Made by a program: the position numbers and the translations under genes. The notes below the pieces were generated by a model, which saw only the letters and a list, made by a program, of their open reading frames with translations, had not been told where the DNA came from and did no database searches. Below, piece by piece: positions 57,457-64,000 of a stretch of DNA of 64,000 nt. The stretch is from an uncultured Gemmatimonadaceae bacterium (GTDB lineage Bacteria > Gemmatimonadota > Gemmatimonadetes > Gemmatimonadales > Gemmatimonadaceae): NCBI GenBank assembly GCA_963740355.1, contig CAVUDW010000002.1:1024001-1088000 (forward strand), read 5' to 3'. The first letter of the stretch is position 1; each line of letters opens with the position of its first letter.

Positions 57457-59016
57457 CTAGTTGCCGCCGATCCGGATCGTCTCCACCCGGTTCGTCTGCG
57501 TCTGCGCGTTGTAGACACCGAGCGTGATCACGTCACCCGCCTTGAGGCCGCTGAGCGCCGACTGGAGCTCGGCCGCGGTCCGCACTGCACGACGTGGACG
57601 GGGATAGACGATCTCCGTGATCACATCGCTTTCGAACAGCTTCCCGCGAGCGCCGCTCGTGACATCCACTGACGCCACGTGCACACCCTTCACGGTGGCC
57701 GGAATGCGTGCCTCGGTCTTGAAGGCCTCCGAGAGCGGCTCGACCGTGATGCCCAGCTTGTCGGCCGAGACACTTTCCGGCGCGTCGCTGTCCTTGTTGT
57801 CACCTGGCGCGCCGGCGACCGCGACAGCCGTCGTGCCATCACCAGGCGCCTCCGCCAGCTTGACGCGGAATGTCTTCTTGTCGCCGAAGCGCATCACGTC
57901 AACCGACACCACATCGCCGGGCTTCTTCATGCGGACGATGCGCTGCAGCGTACCGACGCGATCCACAGGCGCACCTTCGATCGCGATGATCACGTCGCCC
58001 GGCTCGAGACCCGCTGCCTTCGCCGGGCTCGGGGTGTTGCCATCGTTCGAGAAATCACCAAGCGTGACGCCAGCGATCGATGTCAGCTGCGCGGCCTTCG
58101 CTTCTTCGGCCGACACTTCCTTGATCTGGATGCCGAGCACTGCGCGACGCACGCGACCATGCGCGATGATGTCGTCGGAGACACTCTTGGCCAGCGAAAT
58201 CGGAATCGCGAAGCCATACCCGCTGTAGTATCCCGTTTCACTCGCGATCATGCTGTTGATGCCGATCACTTCACCGCGTGCATTGACCAGCGGACCACCC
58301 GAGTTGCCTGGGTTGATCGCGGCGTCGGTCTGGATGAAGTCCGTGATCGCGTAGCGATTCTCGAGTGGACGCTGCAACGACGGTCCGCCGCGGCCCTTGG
58401 CGCTGATGATGCCCGCGGTGACCGTGAAATCGAGGCCCAGCGGATTGCCGATCGCGAGCACCCAGCTGCCGATGCGCGCCGTGTTGTCATCGCCGAACGC
58501 CACCGTCGGGAACCCGCTGCCTTCGATCTTGATCACGGCGACGTCCGTCGTCGGATCCTTGCCGATCAGCTTCGCGGTGAACTCGCGATGATCGGTGAGG
58601 ATCACCTTGATCCGGTCTGCATCGCCGACGACGTGATTGTTCGTCAGGATGTAACCAGTCGACGAGACGAGGAAGCCGGTGCCGCTGCCTTCCATCGGCT
58701 GGCGTGGCTGGCGCCCCTGAAACTGGTTGAAGAACTCTTCCATGCCCGGCGGCACGTTCGTCGGGCGTCGCGCCGTCGTGCGCTTCGGCGCGTCCTTCTC
58801 GACCTGAATCGAGACGACGGCCGGCGTCACGCGCTCGGCGACATCGGCGAAGCCCGGTGCACCACCATCATCGCGTGGCCCGCTGGCCGTTCGAACCGTG
58901 CGCGTGGTCTGCGCGAAGCTCGACTGCGGCAGCTCGAACGCCGTCGCGATGCCCAACCCACCAACGAATGCCGCCGTAACGGCGCCTACAACCTTTGCGC
59001 GTGTCATCATGCTCAT
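57457..59016 (-). CDS. degP: HtrA/DegP serine protease with two PDZ domains
   Basis: GSGTGF, TNNHVV, DVAVIKI, QTDAAINPGNSGGPL, two PDZ-like GDVI/SDVI motifs. Confidence 0.93.
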   Translation of the reverse strand: MSMMTRAKVVGAVTAAFVGGLGIATAFELPQSSFAQTTRTVRTASGPRDDGGAPGFADVAERVTPAVVSIQVEKDAPKRTTARRPTNVPPGMEEFFNQFQGRQPRQPMEGSGTGFLVSSTGYILTNNHVVGDADRIKVILTDHREFTAKLIGKDPTTDVAVIKIEGSGFPTVAFGDDNTARIGSWVLAIGNPLGLDFTVTAGIISAKGRGGPSLQRPLENRYAITDFIQTDAAINPGNSGGPLVNARGEVIGINSMIASETGYYSGYGFAIPISLAKSVSDDIIAHGRVRRAVLGIQIKEVSAEEAKAAQLTSIAGVTLGDFSNDGNTPSPAKAAGLEPGDVIIAIEGAPVDRVGTLQRIVRMKKPGDVVSVDVMRFGDKKTFRVKLAEAPGDGTTAVAVAGAPGDNKDSDAPESVSADKLGITVEPLSEAFKTEARIPATVKGVHVASVDVTSGARGKLFESDVITEIVYPRPRRAVRTAAELQSALSGLKAGDVITLGVYNAQTQTNRVETIRIGGN

Positions 59017-59052
59017 AGCGTGCTCACAGATCCGGGAAGAGTCACTCGTCAG

Positions 59053-59079
59053 TACCCGAACAGAACCACAACAGTTTCC
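59053..59079 (-). promoter_or_regulatory. Candidate ECF promoter GGAAAC-N17-GGTA upstream of degP
   Basis: Same length and GAAAC/GTA cores as the motif at 1801-1827; ends about 36 nt upstream of the degP start. Confidence 0.5.
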
Positions 59080-59236
59080 TCGCCGTTCCGCCGCTTCCTA
59101 TCGTAACCCCTGTTTCGACTGGCGGGACGCCGTCGCCCCCATTCCGGAGGCCGAAATGAGGGCGGGGTCGTACCGGTTGTTCCGCCGCTGACACCCATGC
59201 CGGTGTCAGGGCGGGCCAACCGTTCGTGCGACAGCC

Positions 59237-61156
59237 TTACTTCTTGTCGTCGACGATCTCGTAGTCTGCCTCGACGACGTCCTCAGCCTTCGGGGCGTCA
59301 CCCGCCGTCGGTTCGGCGGCTGGTGCAGCACCTGCCTCGGCTCCAGCCTGCTGGTAGAGCGACGCACCTGCCTCGCTATACACCCGGCTCAACTCTTCCT
59401 GTGCCGCCTGGATCTCGGCCAGATCTTCACCGCGCAGTGCCTTGCGAGCCCGCTCGACGGCTGCATCGAGCTTTTCCTTGGTGCCGACCGCGAGGCGATC
59501 CGACCATTCCTTCGCATTCTTCTCGACATCATACGTCATGCTGTCGAGACGGTTCCGGGCGTCGATCTGCTCGCGGCGCTTCTTGTCTTCTTCCGCGTTC
59601 TTCTCGGCGTCCTTCACCATGCGATCGACTTCGCCATCGGACAGGCCGCTCGAGGCCTCGATGCGGATCTTCTGTTCCTTGCCGGTCGTCTTGTCCTTCG
59701 CCGTCACGTGCAGGATGCCGTTGGCGTCGATGTCGAAGACCACTTCCACCTGCGGCTGGCCGCGCGGTGCCGGCGGAATGCCCGTCAGCTGGAACTTGCC
59801 GATCGTCTTGTTATACACGGCCAGGTCGCGCTCACCCTGCAGCACGTGGATTTCCACCTGCGTCTGGTTGTCGTCGGCCGTGCTGAAGGTCTCGGACTTC
59901 TTGGTCGGAATCGTGGTGTTGCGCGGGATCAGCGTGGTCATCACGCCGCCGAGCGTCTCGATGCCGAGCGAGAGCGGTGTCACGTCGAGCAGCAACACGT
60001 CCTTCTGCTCGCCGGTGAGCACGGCGCCCTGCACGGCGGCACCGATCGCCACCACTTCGTCCGGGTTCACACCCTTGTTCGGTTCCTTGCCGAAGAACTT
60101 CTTGACCGTCTCCTGAATCTTCGGGATACGCGTCGAGCCGCCCACCAGCAGGATCTCGTCGATCTCGCTCGGCTTGAGACCAGCGTCCGACAACGCCTTC
60201 TCCATCGGCGGAATGCAGCGCGTGATCAGGTCGTCCACCAGCTGCTCGAACTTGGCGCGGGTGAGCGAATAGTTCAGGTGCTTCGGGCCACTCGCGTCGG
60301 CGGTGATGAACGGCAGGTTGATGTCCGTCGACTGTGTCGAGGACAACTCCATCTTCGCCTTTTCACCGGCTTCCTTGAGCCGCTGCAGCGCCATCGGATC
60401 CTTCGAGAGGTCGATGGCCTGGTCCTTCTTGAATTCCGCGACGAGCCAGTCGATCACGCGCTGGTCGAAGTCGTCACCGCCAAGGTGTGTGTCACCGTTG
60501 GTGGACTTCACCTCGAACTGACGCGACCCATCGACGTCGTACAGCTCCAGCACGGAGATGTCGTAGGTACCGCCGCCGAGGTCGAAGACGGCGACCTTCT
60601 CGTCCTTCTTCTTGTCGAGGCCATACGCCAGCGCGGCGGCCGTCGGCTCGTTGATGATGCGGAGCACGTCGAGGCCCGCGATCTTGCCGGCGTCCTTGGT
60701 GGCCTGACGCTGCGAGTCGTTGAAGTACGCCGGCACCGTGACGACGGCCTTGGTGACGCCGTGGCCGAGGTAGTCCTCGGCGGTCTGCTTCATCTTCTGC
60801 AGGATCATGGCGGAGATTTCGGGCGGCGTGTAGCGCTTGCCCTGGATCTCGACGCTGGCGAGGTCGTTCTGGCCGGCGACGATCGTGTACGGCACACGAC
60901 CCTTCTCCTGGGTCGCCTCGGACATCTTGCGACCCATGAAGCGCTTGATCGAGAAGATCGTGTTCGTCGGGTTGGTCACCGCCTGACGCTTGGCGATCTG
61001 GCCGACGAGGCGCTCGCCGTCCTTCGAGAAGCCCACCACCGACGGGGTCGTACGACCACCCTCGGCGTTGGGGATCACGACCGGATCCCCGCCTTCCATC
61101 ACGGCCACCACAGAGTTCGTGGTGCCGAGGTCGATGCCAATCACTTTATCAGCCAT
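59237..61156 (-). CDS. dnaK: Chaperone DnaK
   Basis: [40 protein letters not shown]; true start ATG 61156. Confidence 0.98.
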   Translation of the reverse strand: MADKVIGIDLGTTNSVVAVMEGGDPVVIPNAEGGRTTPSVVGFSKDGERLVGQIAKRQAVTNPTNTIFSIKRFMGRKMSEATQEKGRVPYTIVAGQNDLASVEIQGKRYTPPEISAMILQKMKQTAEDYLGHGVTKAVVTVPAYFNDSQRQATKDAGKIAGLDVLRIINEPTAAALAYGLDKKKDEKVAVFDLGGGTYDISVLELYDVDGSRQFEVKSTNGDTHLGGDDFDQRVIDWLVAEFKKDQAIDLSKDPMALQRLKEAGEKAKMELSSTQSTDINLPFITADASGPKHLNYSLTRAKFEQLVDDLITRCIPPMEKALSDAGLKPSEIDEILLVGGSTRIPKIQETVKKFFGKEPNKGVNPDEVVAIGAAVQGAVLTGEQKDVLLLDVTPLSLGIETLGGVMTTLIPRNTTIPTKKSETFSTADDNQTQVEIHVLQGERDLAVYNKTIGKFQLTGIPPAPRGQPQVEVVFDIDANGILHVTAKDKTTGKEQKIRIEASSGLSDGEVDRMVKDAEKNAEEDKKRREQIDARNRLDSMTYDVEKNAKEWSDRLAVGTKEKLDAAVERARKALRGEDLAEIQAAQEELSRVYSEAGASLYQQAGAEAGAAPAAEPTAGDAPKAEDVVEADYEIVDDKK

Positions 61157-61390
61157 TTCGTCTGCGTCCTCGAGTTTCGAATCAAGCGCGCTCCAAGGCA
61201 GGAAGCCGGAGCCCTGATCGCCGCATCGGTGCCAATGGCGCACGCGACACGACGTGCGGACACCAAGGGCAAGAGCGGGACCCCGATTCTCTGCCGGTTT
61301 GGCAGGGTAGCGCGGAGGGTGTGGCAGGTCGTGCGGACGCGAGCTGGGAGGCGTTAGTTTCCACGGACCACCGCCTCCCACCCGCGAGTC

Positions 61391-62158
61391 ATGTTCCCGA
61401 TCGGCGACGAAAACCCGACCGACAATCGTCCGGTCATGACCTGGACGATTCTTGGGCTGATGGTCGCGTCCTGGCTCTTCGTGCAGGGCGGGGGGGCCGA
61501 CGGCACGTCGCTGATCAAGAGCGTCTGCGAGCTGGGCCTCGTGCCCGGTGAAGTGACGCACATGGCGCCCGTTGGGCAGGCCGTGCCGATGGGCTCGGGC
61601 TGGGCCTGCCTCGTGGACCGGTCCGCGGTCAACTGGTTCACCCCGCTCACATCCATGTTTCTGCATGGCGGGTGGGGACACCTGCTGGGCAACGCCCTTT
61701 TCCTGTGGGTGTTCGGAGACAATGTCGAGGACCTGATGGGCCCGCGGCGGTTCCTGTCGTTCTATCTCGTCTGCGGCCTCGCGGCAGCGGCGTTGCACGT
61801 GGCGCTCTCGCCGGCCTCGCCTATCCCCACCGTCGGTGCTTCAGGCGCGATCTCCGGCGTGATGGGCGGCTATCTGGTGCTCTTTCCGCGGCACCGAGTG
61901 CGGATGTTTTTCCCGCCGATCTTCTTTTTCCATTTCCCGGCCTGGCTGGTGCTGCTCTGGTGGTTCGCCCTCCAGGTGCTGGCCGGGCTGCCGCAGCTGA
62001 CGATGCTGCACGCGGATCCGTCGGGCGGCGTGGCCGTGTGGGCGCACGTGGGCGGATTCGTCGCCGGTGTGCTGCTGGTGCGTCGGTTTGCCCTGCCAGA
62101 TCGCCTCGAGCGACGGCTGGCTCGACAGCTCTCAGGTAGTGTCCGCGCCTACATGTAA
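61391..62158 (+). CDS. Rhomboid intramembrane serine protease
   Basis: [37 protein letters not shown]. Confidence 0.94.
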   Translation: MFPIGDENPTDNRPVMTWTILGLMVASWLFVQGGGADGTSLIKSVCELGLVPGEVTHMAPVGQAVPMGSGWACLVDRSAVNWFTPLTSMFLHGGWGHLLGNALFLWVFGDNVEDLMGPRRFLSFYLVCGLAAAALHVALSPASPIPTVGASGAISGVMGGYLVLFPRHRVRMFFPPIFFFHFPAWLVLLWWFALQVLAGLPQLTMLHADPSGGVAVWAHVGGFVAGVLLVRRFALPDRLERRLARQLSGSVRAYM

Positions 62159-62268
62159 CGGTCCCGTGTCGATTTCATGTAACGGCGCACTCGGCTTCTA
62201 GTTTTCCTCATGTAGTCCGTGCCGGCGATGACTTGCTGGCACCCCACCAAATCTGGAGCTCCTCCTCC

Positions 62269-62880
62269 GTGCGTCTGATTCCCCGGGACGATCGATTCTT
62301 CGATCTCTTCGCCGAAATGGCCGGCATTCTCGTCCAGTCGGCCAATACACTGCAGCAGCTGTTCGCCGATCCGTCGCGTCTGGACGAGTTCCAGACCAAC
62401 ATCAAGAATCTCGAACACCAGGCTGACCGGCTCACCGCCGAGGCGAATCGCAAGGTCGACACGACCTTCGTGACGCCGCTCGATCGCGAAGACATCCACG
62501 CCCTCGTGACGCGCCTCGACAACGTGGTGGACCTGATCGACGGCTGTGCGCGGCGCGCGCAGATCTACCGCATCACCGAAGCGCGCGACCCGGCCATTCG
62601 CATGTGCTCCGTGCTCGGAGAAGCCTGTGTGCAGATCCGCGAGGCCGTGGCGTCGATGAAGAAGCCGCAGATGGTGTATGAGCATGGCGTGCGCATCAAG
62701 CGCCTCGAGGAACAGGCCGACGCGATCTATCACGAGACGCTCGGCAACCTCTTCGCCGGGTCGCCGGATCCGCTGACGGTGATGAAGTGGAAGGACCTGT
62801 ACGACTCGCTGGAGACCTCGATCGATGAGTGCCATTATGTGTCGCTGGCGCTCGAGAGTATCTCGCTCAAGAACAGCTGA
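62269..62880 (+). CDS. DUF47 / PhoU-like phosphate transport regulator
   Basis: RLIPRDDRFFDLF, LEHQAD, TFVTPLDREDI, EEQAD; upstream of pit. Confidence 0.92.
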   Translation: MRLIPRDDRFFDLFAEMAGILVQSANTLQQLFADPSRLDEFQTNIKNLEHQADRLTAEANRKVDTTFVTPLDREDIHALVTRLDNVVDLIDGCARRAQIYRITEARDPAIRMCSVLGEACVQIREAVASMKKPQMVYEHGVRIKRLEEQADAIYHETLGNLFAGSPDPLTVMKWKDLYDSLETSIDECHYVSLALESISLKNS

Positions 62881-62886
62881 GTTGCC

Positions 62887-63945
62887 GTGATTGCGTACGT
62901 CATAGGAATCGTGGTGGTCGCGCTGGTCTTCGACTTCATCAACGGTTTCCACGATTCGGCCAACTCGATCGCCACGATTGTCGGCACGCGCGTCCTGACG
63001 CCGTTCAAGGCCGTGTTGTGGGCGGCGACGTTCAACTTCGCGGCGCTCTTCACGGTGGGCACGGCCGTCGCGAAGGCGATCAGCTCGGGGTATGTCGACC
63101 AGTCGGCGATTTCGGCCAACGTGATCGCCGCTGCATTGCTGGGCGCGATCATCTGGAACCTGATCACCTGGTGGTTCGGCATTCCGTCCAGCTCATCCCA
63201 CGCGCTGATCGGCGGCTTTGCCGGCGCCGCGGTGGCGAGCAAGGGATTCGGGGCCCTCAACTGGGGCCCGAAATGGATCGAGACGCTGACGGCCATTGCG
63301 GTGTCACCGGCGCTCGGTGCGCTGCTCGGCATGACGCTGATGGTGATCGTCTACCGGGTGTTTGCGAAGGTGACGCCTGGCAAGGTGGATCGGTTCTTTC
63401 GACCGGCGCAGCTGGCCAGTTCGGCGCTGCTGTCGCTGGCCCACGGTGGCAATGACGCGCAGAAGACGATGGGGATCATCGTCGGCCTGCTCGCCTCGCC
63501 GTCGGTTCGCAAGCTGTTCGAGCCGTACACCACGGGTGCGCTGAGCTACATGTACGTGCCGGACACATCGACGATCCCGCTCTGGGTGGAAATCCTGGCG
63601 TACTTCGCGATTTCGCTCGGGACACTCTTCGGCGGTTGGCGCATCGTGCATACCATGGGCACGCGGATCACGAAACTCCGTCCGGTGGGTGGATTCTGCG
63701 CTGAGACCGGTGGTGCGATCGTCATCTTGATGGCGTCGAAGTTCGGCATCCCGGTGAGCACCACGCACACGATCACCGGCTCGATCGTGGGCGTCGGGGC
63801 GGCGAACCGAGTGCGAGCCGTCCGCTGGGGCCTGGCGGGCAACATCGTATGGGCGTGGATCGTCACGATTCCGGCGGCAGGGCTGCTGGCGGCGCTCAGT
63901 GCGCTCATCTTGAATGCAATCGTGGTGGTCGGCCGTCCCGGCTGA
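62887..63945 (+). CDS. PiT-family inorganic phosphate transporter
   Basis: NGFHDSANSIAT, PSSSSHALIGG, HGGNDAQK, PVSTTH. Confidence 0.95.
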   Translation: MIAYVIGIVVVALVFDFINGFHDSANSIATIVGTRVLTPFKAVLWAATFNFAALFTVGTAVAKAISSGYVDQSAISANVIAAALLGAIIWNLITWWFGIPSSSSHALIGGFAGAAVASKGFGALNWGPKWIETLTAIAVSPALGALLGMTLMVIVYRVFAKVTPGKVDRFFRPAQLASSALLSLAHGGNDAQKTMGIIVGLLASPSVRKLFEPYTTGALSYMYVPDTSTIPLWVEILAYFAISLGTLFGGWRIVHTMGTRITKLRPVGGFCAETGGAIVILMASKFGIPVSTTHTITGSIVGVGAANRVRAVRWGLAGNIVWAWIVTIPAAGLLAALSALILNAIVVVGRPG

Positions 63946-63957
63946 CCATCAGGAGAA

Positions 63958-63985
63958 AGGCGGCTGCCAACCGGGCGGCCGCCTG
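63958..63985 (+). terminator. Possible hairpin after pit
   Basis: AGGCGGCTGCC...GGCGGCCGCCT stem with G:U pairs; no T-tract. Confidence 0.35.
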
Positions 63986-64000
63986 AACCTGTGGGGAGAC

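Noticed and set aside
61157..61798. N-terminal extension of DnaK in the ORF track (853 aa)
   Set aside because: Antisense to the rhomboid gene; DnaK homology starts at ATG 61156
1..64000. CRISPR array, rRNA, phage or large defence system
   Set aside because: No regularly spaced repeats, rRNA-like sequence or hallmark genes seen; only one TA pair

Overview
High-GC bacterial chromosomal window, densely coding and mostly core genes. Gene content and protein style suggest Gemmatimonadota, which is an inference and not checked by search. In order it holds: an ECF sigma/zinc anti-sigma/bactofilin-like membrane protein operon; late futalosine-type menaquinone genes (menG, ubiD-, ubiA-, ubiX-like) plus a metallophosphoesterase; MATE, cls, a Cho/UvrC-like nuclease, mutM and a frameshifted purD; an M48 peptidase, a transsulfuration enzyme, an HD-GYP regulator and a degenerate adenylate-forming enzyme; glmM-glmS followed by a vapBC-type TA module bracketed by two copies of one hairpin; a large Ig-repeat/DUF1996 lipoprotein; M20 peptidase, ROK kinase, dtd-maf-ppk2, LPS genes (GT9, Kdo kinase-like), trpE, a putative outer-membrane protein and a Nudix hydrolase; engB-lon-clpX-clpP-tig; a transport/catabolic block (CitMHS, CocE, DDAH, APC permease, gntK, gntP, cyclase); carotenoid genes crtB-cruF-small ORF-crtI; tRNA-Leu(TAG), degP, dnaK, rhomboid and DUF47-pit. 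I saw no CRISPR array, rRNA, transposase, integrase or phage genes, and I cannot claim a clearly new system. The best leads are the hairpin-bracketed TA cassette at the glmS 3' end, two long intergenic inverted-repeat elements, a shared ECF promoter motif before the anti-sigma gene and degP, the DUF1996 surface protein, and several unusual gene couplings. All family calls come from motif recognition by eye; no database searches were run.
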